From NCBI GenBank assembly GCA_965224465.1, contig OZ245049.1:270001-302000 (forward strand): a DNA stretch of 32,000 nucleotides, written 5' to 3'. Positions within the stretch are counted from its first letter, which is position 1. Each line of letters opens with the position of its first letter. The notes under the pieces were generated by a model that was given only the letters and a program-made list of their open reading frames with translations, was not told where the DNA came from and searched no databases. Positions 7,923 to 17,928 of this stretch are shown piece by piece. Origin of the DNA: Flavobacteriaceae bacterium. Lineage in GTDB: Bacteria; Bacteroidota; Bacteroidia; Flavobacteriales; Flavobacteriaceae. Made by a program: the position numbers and the translations under genes.

Positions 7923-8451
7923 TAGAAATAGTTACATAACATATGCTATCCTTTTGTTCGAAATCTTAAACGTTTGAAAACGGATACTGTGTTTTTGAGA
8001 ATCAGATATTATGGACCACACTGCGTATTTATTAATCTATAAGATTCTCAGATCGATAGTTATTCAATATATAAAATCCTGTCTACGTTTACATAGTTAC
8101 AACGAATAGATAATCCCTACGGATTACAACATCTTAGAATTATATTAACTATAAAGAAAGCAATTAAGTTCATAGATGTATAATACAAACTAAAATGATC
8201 AGTATAAATTATTTTTGTACGTTCTAGTGTTGGTGAAAAATAATTCTAGTACTAAGCACTAAACCGTCTCAGTTGGAAATTTATTTGGGATTAATACAAC
8301 AATCGCCAATGTCTATATCAATTGATAACTTATTAGTTATTGACTATGTGGATCAAAAATGCACAAGAATTTAGCCATTATCTGCATTTCTTCTATTGGA
8401 TGTCAATTAACAAAATTAAAACCCGCATACTAACAGTTTAGTGAGTGGCAG

Positions 8452-8634
8452 TTATTGCTCAATACTTTCTACTTGAAAACAGGTACATTCACCTTCTTGG
8501 TAGTGCACAGAAACCTGGATTGGATTACAGCAAACCTCACAGTCCTCTATATAAACCTGTTCCCTTATAGAAGGATCTAAAAGCATACTTATTTGTTCGT
8601 TACAATAAGGGCAAAAAAAGGGATGTTCTTCCAT
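8452..8634 (-). CDS. CPXCG-motif cysteine-rich (zinc-ribbon-like) small protein
   Basis: CPYC ... CEVCC cysteine pairs in a protein of about 60 aa, as in the CPXCG family. The start at MEEHPFF (8634) is preferred over the track start at 8655. Confidence 0.65.
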   Translation of the reverse strand: MEEHPFFCPYCNEQISMLLDPSIREQVYIEDCEVCCNPIQVSVHYQEGECTCFQVESIEQ

Positions 8635-8911
8635 AATAAATGATAATCTAACCATAAAGATACATTATTTTAAAGAAGCCTCTATACGAATCAACTATAT
8701 TATACAGCTGATCAAGTAATTAAAAAAAACACAATCAAATCAATGTTCAATAAATGTAACTACTACAACTGTAAAACCTTTATATAAGCATCTTGAACAC
8801 GCATGATTTTGGTTTAAAATTGGTATACCTAGGTGCTTTCTGACAGTATAACAATAAGAATCATTCAAAAAAAACTAACTTAGGAACAAAACCATTATTT
8901 AATTTACAAGT

Positions 8912-9475
8912 ATGAGATATTTAGGTCGTTTTTTTATAGCAATTGATCAATTGGGAAATGTATTAGCAGGAGGAAATCCCGACAATACAATCTCCTCACG
9001 TGTTGGCTATTACAACAGTCGGAATTATACCGAATCTCAGGTGGCTTGGCAATGGCGTTTTTTTGAACAAATTATTGATGTTACCTTCTACCCTATTGAC
9101 GGCCCTAATCATTGCCACGAAGCGTATTACAGCGATTCAGGTGAAGTATTTGATGAAAACACAAAAAACGAATTACTTGTGTTTTTATCCGCCATAATCA
9201 TTATTCCTAGCTGTATAATTATTGGGTTTTTTTTATATAGTTTGTATGTGTTTGGTGTGGTTTCCCCAAAACAAATCAACAGAAATAGCGAAGTGAAAAA
9301 TCGCTTAAAAACAGTCAAATCCAAATTAGATGGTACTTTACACGAATTGAATGACCACATAGTGAAGGTAGATGTAGAAATGTTAGAAAAGGCATTAGCT
9401 ACACAGCAATCATGCAAACAATTACTCGTAAAAATTAAAGAAATGTTGGATTTAAAAGCGCACTCAAAACAGTAA
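8912..9475 (+). CDS. hypothetical membrane protein
   Basis: 187-aa ORF. N-terminal soluble region, one central TM (LLVFLSAIIIIPSCIIIGFFLYSLYVFGVV) and a C-terminal coiled-coil-like Lys/Glu-rich tail. No family recognised. Confidence 0.6.
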   Translation: MRYLGRFFIAIDQLGNVLAGGNPDNTISSRVGYYNSRNYTESQVAWQWRFFEQIIDVTFYPIDGPNHCHEAYYSDSGEVFDENTKNELLVFLSAIIIIPSCIIIGFFLYSLYVFGVVSPKQINRNSEVKNRLKTVKSKLDGTLHELNDHIVKVDVEMLEKALATQQSCKQLLVKIKEMLDLKAHSKQ

Positions 9476-9489
9476 AAACAAGCGTGATT

Positions 9490-10689
9490 CTATTTAAAAA
9501 CCCGATACCATAGATATATTAATAAAGACAGTCCTCCACATATAGAAAACCCAACAAACATGGGCAATGCAGTCGTATGGATAAAACTTCCTATAAGTAT
9601 GCTAATTGGTACAGCGAGCATTGTAGCAATAAAACCGGTAACCGCCGCCCCTATTCCAGCAATATGTCCTATGGGTTCCATCATTAGAGCACGTGTATTT
9701 CCAAAAATAAATCCTAGCATAAAAAATTGAAGTCCAAAAAAAACGATAAGAATCACCACAGGTGGATTTTCTGATTGATAAAACAAAATGATATAGAGAA
9801 CAGAAATTAGAAAAAAACCAAGCAATGCAGTTCTCAAAAGTTTTTCCATTCCTAATTTTACAACAAGTTTTCCGTTGATAAATGTGGCACTTCCTACGGT
9901 CATAGCAAGACATGCAAATATAAAAGGAAAGGCATCTACCAATCCGTATTGTTGTTGAAAAACCTGCTGTGAGGCACTTAAATAGACCATAAATGCCCCC
10001 GTTATTAATGCTGATACAAAGGTAAATGCGACTGTTTGTCTGTGTTTAAAAACTTCACGAGTTCCTTGTAGAATAACTCCTAGAGTAAACGGAACTCTGT
10101 TTGCTGCCAAAAGGGTTTCTGGTTGTCGCTTTGAAAACCAAAAAGCAATGATTACTGCAGCAATACATTGTATATAAAAAATGGCTTGCCAGGAAAAGGC
10201 ATCTAAAATAAATTTCCCTAATGCGGGTGCTATGGTAGGAATTATTAAAAAAACAACGGTTACAAAAGACATTATTTTAGCCATATAATTCCCTTTATAA
10301 GTATCTCTAATAATAGAAATACTTACGGTTCTAGAAGCCGAAAGCCCGATTCCTTGTAGGATACGACCCGCAATCATTATTTCTAGATTCTTAGAAAAGA
10401 TACATATTAAACTAGCTATTATGTATACCAAAATCCCTATGTAAACAACCTTTTTACGTCCAATCGTATCCGATAACGGCCCAAAAAACAATTGTCCAAC
10501 TCCTAAGCCAAAAAAAATCATTGTAATTAGTAATTGTCCATCATTAACATGGCGAATGCCAATGTCGGCACCTATTTCTTGGAGTCCGGGTAACAATGCA
10601 TCTATTGATAAGGCAACCATTGCCATTAAGGATGCCATTAATGCGATAAATTCTAATTGGGATATTTTTTTCGTATTCATTGACTGCAA
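9490..10689 (-). CDS. MFS transporter, Bcr/CflA-like drug efflux family
   Basis: About 12 predicted TM helices and an MFS motif-A-like GPLSDTIGRKK between TM2 and TM3. Size and pattern are typical of Bcr/CflA exporters. Confidence 0.85.
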   Translation of the reverse strand: MQSMNTKKISQLEFIALMASLMAMVALSIDALLPGLQEIGADIGIRHVNDGQLLITMIFFGLGVGQLFFGPLSDTIGRKKVVYIGILVYIIASLICIFSKNLEIMIAGRILQGIGLSASRTVSISIIRDTYKGNYMAKIMSFVTVVFLIIPTIAPALGKFILDAFSWQAIFYIQCIAAVIIAFWFSKRQPETLLAANRVPFTLGVILQGTREVFKHRQTVAFTFVSALITGAFMVYLSASQQVFQQQYGLVDAFPFIFACLAMTVGSATFINGKLVVKLGMEKLLRTALLGFFLISVLYIILFYQSENPPVVILIVFFGLQFFMLGFIFGNTRALMMEPIGHIAGIGAAVTGFIATMLAVPISILIGSFIHTTALPMFVGFSICGGLSLLIYLWYRVFK

Positions 10690-10710
10690 AAATAAGTCTA
10701 TTTATTTTAG

Positions 10711-10741
10711 TTTGCCTTGTAGAATTATCTTAATATATTTG
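10711..10741 (+). promoter_or_regulatory. Bacteroidota sigma-A type promoter (-33 TTTG / -7 TAnnTTTG) for the YitT-family gene
   Basis: TTTG at 10711-10714 and TATATTTG at 10734-10741, 19 nt apart. The -7 box ends 11 nt before the ATG at 10753. Confidence 0.45.
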
Positions 10742-10752
10742 TCCTTAAAAAA

Positions 10753-11598
10753 ATGAAAAAAGAAGCCCTTAATTATTTGTTTATTAGCCTTGGTTGTGGT
10801 TTAATGGCGCTAGGTATCGTTGGTTTTTTAAGTCCTAATAATATCGCCACTGGTGGTATTGCGGGTTTATCAATTATATTGCATTCTATATTCAATATTC
10901 CAATGGGACTTCTTTTTGGCTTGATGAATGTCCCCTTATTATTAGTGAGTATTAAATATTTAGGAAAATATTTTGCTCTTAAATCCGGTATTGCGATTGT
11001 ATTGATTGGTTTTTTTATAGATGTATTGTCCAAAATTATTCATTTAGAAGCGTTGAGTACAGATCCTTTACTCGCTACTTTGTATGGAGGTGTCGTAATT
11101 GGTGCAGGGCTTGGGTTTATTTTTAAAGGTGGTGGATCTGCTGGTGGAGGAACAATTATTGCGCGTATTGTTACGTCAAAAACAAGTCTAAAAACAAGCA
11201 CTGTTATCTTGTTTTTAGATATTATTGTTGTACTAATTGCCGGAATAGTATTTAATAGTATAGAATTGGCATTATGGAGCATGATAAGTATTTTTACAGC
11301 TGCCAAAATGATCGACACAATACTTACAGGACGACCAAACGAAATTATTGTTCATATTTCTTCTTATAAGAAATTGGCTCCATTGGGCAGCTTGATTCAA
11401 CAAAAAATTGGGGTTTCTGGTACTACTGTCCGCGGAAAAGATATGGCTCAAAAAGAGGTTAAGGACATTATTTTTGTAGTAGTTCCAAAAAACAGACTGA
11501 ATTCTCTAGAAAATTTAGTCTCCAATTACGATGCCAATGCAAAAATGATTGTGATGGAAGCCTCTCAGATGGTTGGTGCACTTAATAGTTTGAAATAA
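10753..11598 (+). CDS. YitT-family membrane protein
   Basis: Gly-rich multi-TM N-terminal region plus a soluble C-terminal domain (IIVHISS...VVVPKNRL), as in YitT/DUF2179 proteins. Confidence 0.75.
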   Translation: MKKEALNYLFISLGCGLMALGIVGFLSPNNIATGGIAGLSIILHSIFNIPMGLLFGLMNVPLLLVSIKYLGKYFALKSGIAIVLIGFFIDVLSKIIHLEALSTDPLLATLYGGVVIGAGLGFIFKGGGSAGGGTIIARIVTSKTSLKTSTVILFLDIIVVLIAGIVFNSIELALWSMISIFTAAKMIDTILTGRPNEIIVHISSYKKLAPLGSLIQQKIGVSGTTVRGKDMAQKEVKDIIFVVVPKNRLNSLENLVSNYDANAKMIVMEASQMVGALNSLK

Positions 11599-12027
11599 CA
11601 CCTATTTTTATGTGATGTAAAATTCCAACGCAGTTATTTGCTTTAAAATGGGTGCTTTTATTGATAAGGATAGGGAACTTTAAGAGCTTAAGGAGGTCTT
11701 TTTTTCCTTGGATTGTCCTCAAAGTAGAGAATAACCTCTCGGAAGCATCTCTCATATCCTTGTATCAAGTGTATTGATTTTAACAAAACTTAATGCAATC
11801 CAATAATGCTGTAATCGCTGTAATTCTCCTTCCTCCGAAGGTGTTTTCTTGTTTTATTTTACTCGCTACAAACTCTATATTACAGTCTATAAACCTTATA
11901 GTTAGAGCGAAAACGTTATCGTAACTAGTAAAAAATAGTGATAAATATCAGTTTATGAGTCAGGCGAAAAAGTGAACTTTACAATAGTAAATTATAGACA
12001 ATCATATAGTAAAAAAGACAGGAAGAC

Positions 12028-13128
12028 ATGAAGAAAAAAGCACTTATATTAACAGGTGGTGGGGATTGCCCAGGGCTAAATGCAGTAATTAGAGGAGTTG
12101 TAAAACGTGCAGAACAAACCGATGATTGGGAAGTAATAGGAAGTATCCAGTCTTTTGATGGTGTTTTACACGATCCACAAGAAATTGTAAAATTAGATCA
12201 TAATAATGTTGCTGGAATTCATTATCAAGGTGGAACTATCCTTGGAACTACAACCAAAGGAGGTCCATTTGCTTGGCCTGTTAAAGGTGAAGACGGTGTT
12301 TGGAATTTTGTTGACCGATCTGATGAAATGATTCAGACATTAAAGGATATGGGTGTAGAAGCTGTAATCAGTATTGGTGGTGATGGTTCACAACGTATTT
12401 CGAATCGTTTATATGAGCAAGGATTGAATATTATTGGTGTACCCAAAACGATAGACAACGATTTATTATCTACAGATTATACTTTTGGTTTTCAAACAGC
12501 TGTTCAAGTAGCAACAGAAGCCGTAGATAGATTGGTTACAACAGCAGCTTCACATAACCGTGTAATTATCTTGGAAGTTATGGGACGTGATGCTGGATGG
12601 ATTGCTTTAAGCTCTGCTATTGCTGGTGGTGCAGAAATCTGTCTGATTCCTGAGATTCCTTACAATCTAGATATCGTAATGCGAAAAATTAAAACAAGAT
12701 TTAAAAAAGGTCGTGGTCACGTAATTATAGTGGTTGCAGAAGGTGCTGTTGAACAAGGTGGTGGTGCTTTATCAGAAGTAAGTGATGAAATAGGAAATGA
12801 AAATCTTAAACTTGGTGGTGTAGCACATAAACTATTGCATGATTTAAAAGTTGCAGGTTGTGATGTAGACATGAGAGAAACTGTTCTTGGTCATTTACAA
12901 CGTGGTGGAATTCCTACCGCTTTTGACCGTATTCTAGCTACTCAGTTTGGTGTATCAGCTATGGAATTGGCAATTGAAGGTAATTTCGGAAAAATGGTTG
13001 CTTACCAACATCCAAATATTGTCCCTGTACCTTTCTTAGAAGCAGTAAAAGATCAAAATTTTGTAAAACCAGATTGTGCTTTAGTTGCTACTGCACGTGG
13101 TACTGGTATGAGTTTAGGTGATAAATAA
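12028..13128 (+). CDS. pfkA: ATP-dependent 6-phosphofructokinase (long form)
   Basis: Motifs TGGGDCPGLNA, IGGDGS (the GGDGS form is typical of ATP-dependent enzymes), PKTIDND and MGRDAG. Confidence 0.9.
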   Translation: MKKKALILTGGGDCPGLNAVIRGVVKRAEQTDDWEVIGSIQSFDGVLHDPQEIVKLDHNNVAGIHYQGGTILGTTTKGGPFAWPVKGEDGVWNFVDRSDEMIQTLKDMGVEAVISIGGDGSQRISNRLYEQGLNIIGVPKTIDNDLLSTDYTFGFQTAVQVATEAVDRLVTTAASHNRVIILEVMGRDAGWIALSSAIAGGAEICLIPEIPYNLDIVMRKIKTRFKKGRGHVIIVVAEGAVEQGGGALSEVSDEIGNENLKLGGVAHKLLHDLKVAGCDVDMRETVLGHLQRGGIPTAFDRILATQFGVSAMELAIEGNFGKMVAYQHPNIVPVPFLEAVKDQNFVKPDCALVATARGTGMSLGDK

Positions 13129-13255
13129 AATATAAACTTTTTGATTCAAAAGGTAATCGGTTTTTTAAAATAATTTTTTTGTTGAGTGTTATTTGATCCT
13201 ACTGATTGCCTTTTATTTATTTAAAATTAATTATTCCCCCTTAAAATTTTAGTGA

Positions 13256-13825
13256 ATGAGTACGATAAAATTAGCAAACCCCGCGGTTGTTGGACTGGCA
13301 GGTTTTGGATTGACAACGTTGTTATTGCAAGTACATAATTTAGGCTTTTTAGGCCTAGGTCCTGTTGTAGCAATGGCTTTTATATTTGGAGGTTTGGCAC
13401 AAATGATTGCTGGATTTATGGAACAAAAAATGGCTAATAATTTCGGCTTTGCTGTATTTGTAAGTTATGGCTCTTTTTGGGTTGGTCTTGGAATTATTTG
13501 GATATGTAACCATTTTGGTGTGTATACTTCTTCTGGAACAGATGTAGGTGTATATCTCGTAGTTTGGACCTTATTAACCTTGATATTTGGAGTAGCATCT
13601 TTGTATATTCACAAAGCAATGACCTTTACTTTTGCTTGGTTAATCATTGGGTTTGTCTTTTTAGATTTGGCTCATTTTGGATATCCAGAATTAAAATCTA
13701 TTGCTGCGTATGCTCTTATTATTTGCGCCTTAGGTGCTTGGTACATGATGGCATCAATCATTATAAATGATGTGGCTGGTAAAGAAATTCTAAAATCAGG
13801 AAAACCTTTCTTGAAAAAAGCATAA
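13256..13825 (+). CDS. satP: GPR1/FUN34/YaaH-family acetate/succinate channel
   Basis: N-terminal NPAVVGLAGFGLTT signature and six TM helices in about 190 aa. Confidence 0.85.
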   Translation: MSTIKLANPAVVGLAGFGLTTLLLQVHNLGFLGLGPVVAMAFIFGGLAQMIAGFMEQKMANNFGFAVFVSYGSFWVGLGIIWICNHFGVYTSSGTDVGVYLVVWTLLTLIFGVASLYIHKAMTFTFAWLIIGFVFLDLAHFGYPELKSIAAYALIICALGAWYMMASIIINDVAGKEILKSGKPFLKKA

Positions 13826-13831
13826 ATATAT

Positions 13832-13924
13832 AACCTCTGGGCAAGCCCCTGAGGCATCAAAAAGAAAAAAACCTTAATCATTTCGATGTAAGTATCAGGA
13901 ATTAAACCCACTGATGGGATTAAA
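13832..13924 (+). repeat. 93-bp REP/MITE-like element, copy 1
   Basis: CCTCTGGGCAAGCCCCTGAGG hairpin, then CATCAAAAAGAAAAAAACCTTAATCATTTCGATG, then GAATTAAACCCACTGATGGGATTAAA hairpin. Related to 14008-14096, 18378-18469 (reverse orientation) and 29545-29638. Confidence 0.85.
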
Positions 13925-13941
13925 TATACTGATTTTGTTAT

Positions 13942-13972
13942 AAGCGCTATCCATTTGGACAGCGCTTTTTTT
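13942..13972 (+). terminator. intrinsic terminator after satP
   Basis: AAGCGCT (13942-13948) pairs with AGCGCTT (13961-13967), followed by a T-run to 13972. Confidence 0.65.
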
Positions 13973-14007
13973 GTACTCCTACCCTACTCTTATTCTACAA
14001 AGTCAAT

Positions 14008-14096
14008 ATCCTCTGGGCAAGCCTCTGAGGCATCAAAAAGAAAAAAATCTTAATCATTTCGATGTAAGCATATGGGAATTAAACCTCCCTGTGAGT
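14008..14096 (+). repeat. REP/MITE-like element, copy 2
   Basis: Same element as 13832-13924. The 3' hairpin is degenerate (AAACCTCCCTGTGAG). Confidence 0.8.
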
Positions 14097-14548
14097 AGCG
14101 TCCTTATAAATGGCTTGATTTCCCAACTGAGCTGTCCCAAAAAAAATATGGAAGTAGCCGGCGCTATCTTGGGGCGAAGTACTTATAACCAATTAAAATC
14201 CTTATGTTTACATTTCGATATCAAATATATTCCCTAATGACTGTTTCTAAATAGATTGAATTCCCGTGTTTTTTAAGTGTAAGAAACAAGATACTAATAG
14301 GTATTGTGTTGTATATCAGCTTACAGAAAACACATTAGAAATGGTTGACAGTAGATGTTGGTATTAGTATTCATATTTAAATTTTAGTAATAAGGATTAT
14401 TGCAATCTTAGAAGGAACGTTTCTAAATGTTATGTAACAAAAAAACCAACATTAATTTTAGTTAATTTATTGTTATAATTTTAAATACAACGCGTTCGTT
14501 TTTCTATGTGATATCCGATAGAAAACCCCATAAATAAATATTAAAAAC

Positions 14549-16924
14549 ATGAAACATTTTTTTATATGCTGTGTATTCCTGAGCATACAAACACTATTTG
14601 CTCAAGAAGAATTCACAATTCACGGTACGATTACCGACGCTTCTAATGGCGAAGCTTTATTTGGTGCTACCGTTTATTTTCAAGGAAGTACTTCTGGTAC
14701 CACCACAAACGAATACGGTTTTTATTCTATCGCTGCCCCAGAAGGAAAATACACATTAATTGTCTCTTATATTGGATTTAAAGAATTGGAAAAAAAGATC
14801 CTACTAAATGCAAAACTACGGTTGGATTTGGAAATAAGCTCTGGCGAAAATCAATTGAACGAAGTTGTAATTACATCCGAAGGATCGGGGAAAATTAATA
14901 TAAGAAAACCACAAATGAGCGTGGTAAAGCTTCAAGCAGCAACCATCAAACGAATCCCCGCAGTTTTAGGAGAAATAGATGTGATTAAGACCATACAAAT
15001 GTTACCTGGCGTTACTAATAACGGAGAAGGAAGTTCGGGATTTAATGTGCGAGGAGGTGCGGTAGATCAGAATTTAGTTCTTTTAGACGAAGCTATTATT
15101 TACAATACATCACACTTTTTTGGTTTGTTTTCTGTCTTTAATAATGATGCTATCAAGGATGTAAAATTGTATAAAGGAGACATTCCTGCAAAATTTGGAG
15201 GAAGAATTTCGTCCGTATTGGATGTAAGACAAAAAGAAGGAAACAGAAAGAAGTTTTCTGTAAATGGAGGTGTTGGACTTATTTCTAGTAGGCTTAGTTT
15301 AGAAGGGCCTCTGTATAATGGGAAAGGTTCGTTCTTACTTGCTGGTAGAACTACGTATGCTCAGATTTTTATGAGAATGAATGATAAACTAAAGAATAAC
15401 ATTATTAGCTTTTATGATGTAAACCTTAAAACTAATTATCGTCTAAATGATCGCAATACATTCTTTCTTTCTGGCTATTTTGGGCGTGATGAATTTAATA
15501 TTAACAACACCTTAGAAAATAATTATGGAAATGTGTCCGCAAATTTAAGGTGGAACCATATTTTTAATGATAAGTTGTTTTCAAATTTATCTCTCGTTTA
15601 TAGTAAATATGATTACCAGTTTATTTTAGATTTTATAAAACTAGATTGGATTTCAAATATTAAGAACTACAATGCTAAATATGACCTACGCTATTATGCG
15701 AATGATCATTTTAAAATAGATGCTGGCGCAAGTATTATCAAATACAACTTGAATCCTGGTCAGATAAGTCCTACAGCTGCTGACTCCCCTATAAACCCTT
15801 TAAAATTAGACGAAAAAAGAGCTTTCGAAAGCGGTTTGTATCTTAGCGTAGCACATGAGATTAACAATAGATTAACCGCACAATACGGATTGAGATACAG
15901 TCATTTTAATCGCTTAGGTGGACAGGATGTTAAATTGTACGCATCAGATGCCCCTGTGGTATACAATACTCTTTTAGGTGTCTATGAAAAAGGAACCGTT
16001 GTAGGTAGGAAAAGCTATTCAAAGGGATCCTCAATTAAAAAATTCGGTAATTTTGAACCACGATTAGGGCTTTCTTATCAATTTAATGAAACAAGTTCTT
16101 TTAAAGGGAATTATACTCGTTCTGTCCAATATTTACATTTATTATCCAATACTTCTACCGTAACTCCTTTGGATGTTTGGACCACAAGTGGAAAGTATAT
16201 TAAACCTCAGAAATCAGATCAATTTGCTCTTGGTTATTATAAGACAATTTTAAATCAGAAATACACCTTTGAATTGGAAGGGTATTATAAAACAACGGAC
16301 AATAGAATTGATTATATAGATGGTTCAGATTTAATTGGAAATAATAGGATCGAAACCGAAATTTTAAATGGGGAAGCACGTGCCTATGGTATGGAACTAA
16401 TGTTACGTAAAAATACGGGAAATTTTAGGGGTTGGATTGCCTACACTTTATCAAAAGCATCACAACGTACACTTGGTGGAAAAGCCGGTGGACCAGGGAT
16501 AAATGAGGGGAAATGGTACCGTACCTCTTATGATAGAACACATGATATATCGATAACTGCGAGCTATAAAAAAAATGAGGTTTGGTCTTTTAGTGCCAAT
16601 GCTATTTATCAAACAGGAAGACCTGTAACGTATCCTAATGCTCAATACGATTACGAGGGGATTTCTATCACAAGTTATTCGGATAGGAATACAAACCGAT
16701 TGTCTGCATATCACCGCTTGGATATTTCTGCAACCTATATTGCCTCTAAAAATAAGCACAGAAATTGGAAGGGCGAATGGATTTTTGGAATCTATAACCT
16801 GTACAATCGAAAAAATGCGGCCTCTGTATCTTTTTCACAAAACCAGCAAACGGGAATCAATGAAGCTACTCGTACCTCTATTTTTGGAATCATTCCATCC
16901 ATTACTTATAACTTTAAATTTTAA
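14549..16924 (+). CDS. TonB-dependent receptor with N-terminal carboxypeptidase-regulatory-like domain
   Basis: Signal peptide, a CarboxypepD_reg-like start (TIHGTITDASNGEALFGATVY), a plug region and a long beta-barrel with alternating pattern ending in terminal Phe (ITYNFKF). Confidence 0.9.
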   Translation: MKHFFICCVFLSIQTLFAQEEFTIHGTITDASNGEALFGATVYFQGSTSGTTTNEYGFYSIAAPEGKYTLIVSYIGFKELEKKILLNAKLRLDLEISSGENQLNEVVITSEGSGKINIRKPQMSVVKLQAATIKRIPAVLGEIDVIKTIQMLPGVTNNGEGSSGFNVRGGAVDQNLVLLDEAIIYNTSHFFGLFSVFNNDAIKDVKLYKGDIPAKFGGRISSVLDVRQKEGNRKKFSVNGGVGLISSRLSLEGPLYNGKGSFLLAGRTTYAQIFMRMNDKLKNNIISFYDVNLKTNYRLNDRNTFFLSGYFGRDEFNINNTLENNYGNVSANLRWNHIFNDKLFSNLSLVYSKYDYQFILDFIKLDWISNIKNYNAKYDLRYYANDHFKIDAGASIIKYNLNPGQISPTAADSPINPLKLDEKRAFESGLYLSVAHEINNRLTAQYGLRYSHFNRLGGQDVKLYASDAPVVYNTLLGVYEKGTVVGRKSYSKGSSIKKFGNFEPRLGLSYQFNETSSFKGNYTRSVQYLHLLSNTSTVTPLDVWTTSGKYIKPQKSDQFALGYYKTILNQKYTFELEGYYKTTDNRIDYIDGSDLIGNNRIETEILNGEARAYGMELMLRKNTGNFRGWIAYTLSKASQRTLGGKAGGPGINEGKWYRTSYDRTHDISITASYKKNEVWSFSANAIYQTGRPVTYPNAQYDYEGISITSYSDRNTNRLSAYHRLDISATYIASKNKHRNWKGEWIFGIYNLYNRKNAASVSFSQNQQTGINEATRTSIFGIIPSITYNFKF

Positions 16925-16928
16925 AATC

Positions 16929-17777
16929 ATGCGTTTTCTAAAAATACAACTAATTGCAATTATCTTTTTGGGAAGTATCCTGAATTCTTGTACGGAAGTT
17001 ATAGATGTAGATTTAAAAGAGGCGACTCCTACATTGGTAATTGAAGCTTCTCTGGATTGGAAAAAAGGGACTTCAGGAAACCAACAAACAATAAAACTTA
17101 GTTGGTCTCGCCCTTATTTTGATACCAGTTCGTTTCCCGTAACTGGAGCGTCTGTAATCGTTACAAATACCAGTACCAATGCTGTTTATAATTTTATTGA
17201 TCAACAAAACGGACAGTACGCAGTGGCTGATTTTTTACCAGTAATAAACAATACATATCAATTAACAATTCTTGTAGATGGTATTAGTTATTCCGCAACG
17301 GAAACCTTGATTGCCGTGCCTGAATTTAGTCGAATTGAACAAACAATAGATGGTGGTTTTGATGATGAAGCCCTAGAAGTGACTTTCTATTTTAACGATC
17401 CTACAGATGTTTCTAACAATTATTTGTGTTCTTTTCAAGAAGAAAGTGATCTTTTCCCTGTATTTAGAGAGTTTTCTGATGAGTTTACAAGCGGAAACGA
17501 ACTATTTAACTTCTATGAAAAAATAGATGATGAAGAAGCAGATGTAGAAGCGTTTATCCCTGGAGATAAAGTACAAATTAAATTGTATGGTATTTCTGAA
17601 CAATACTATAATTACATGAAATTATTATTAGAACAATACAATAATGGTGGTGACCCGTATAGTGCAATTCCTGCGAAATTAAAAGGGAATTGTATCAATA
17701 AAACATCCCCTTCTAGCATTGTTTTTGGTTATTTTAGATTGACGGAGTATGTAGAAGAAACCTATGTTTTTGAATAA
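16929..17777 (+). CDS. DUF4249-like lipoprotein partner of the TonB-dependent receptor
   Basis: The ATG lies 4 nt after the receptor stop. Lipoprotein signal (MRFLKIQLIAIIFLGSILNSC). The size and position match the DUF4249 partner usually found after this receptor type. The track ORF start at 16638 lies inside the receptor gene and is rejected. Confidence 0.65.
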   Translation: MRFLKIQLIAIIFLGSILNSCTEVIDVDLKEATPTLVIEASLDWKKGTSGNQQTIKLSWSRPYFDTSSFPVTGASVIVTNTSTNAVYNFIDQQNGQYAVADFLPVINNTYQLTILVDGISYSATETLIAVPEFSRIEQTIDGGFDDEALEVTFYFNDPTDVSNNYLCSFQEESDLFPVFREFSDEFTSGNELFNFYEKIDDEEADVEAFIPGDKVQIKLYGISEQYYNYMKLLLEQYNNGGDPYSAIPAKLKGNCINKTSPSSIVFGYFRLTEYVEETYVFE

Positions 17778-17901
17778 AAGCAACGGCAATAAAGAATGCC
17801 ATGATTATTTTATAGAGGAATCATACATTCAAGTAAAAATTAAGAGGACGATACATTTAGAAATCTGTTTCGTATTAGTTCATTAATTCGAGAATTCATT
17901 T

Positions 17902-17909
17902 TATATTTG
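17902..17909 (+). promoter_or_regulatory. -7 box (TAnnTTTG) upstream of the S4-domain gene
   Basis: TATATTTG lies 19 nt upstream of the ATG at 17929. No clear -33 TTTG was seen. Confidence 0.3.
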
Positions 17910-17928
17910 CATTCTTAAAATTAAATGT

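Noticed and set aside
9000-11318. ORFs 9000-9197, 9127-9417, 9602-9913, 10556-10756, 10773-11033 and 11040-11318
   Set aside because: All are embedded in, or antisense to, well-supported genes (hypothetical membrane protein, MFS transporter, YitT-family protein). None shows a motif.
13564-14237. ORFs 13564-13770, 13672-13911 and 13971-14237
   Set aside because: The first two overlap satP. The last two are read through REP/MITE-like copies, and 13971-14237 also begins inside the T-run of the satP terminator.
16460-16928. ORF 16460-16759(-) and the 16638 start of the lipoprotein ORF
   Set aside because: Both lie inside the TonB-dependent receptor gene. The lipoprotein signal peptide begins at the ATG at 16929.
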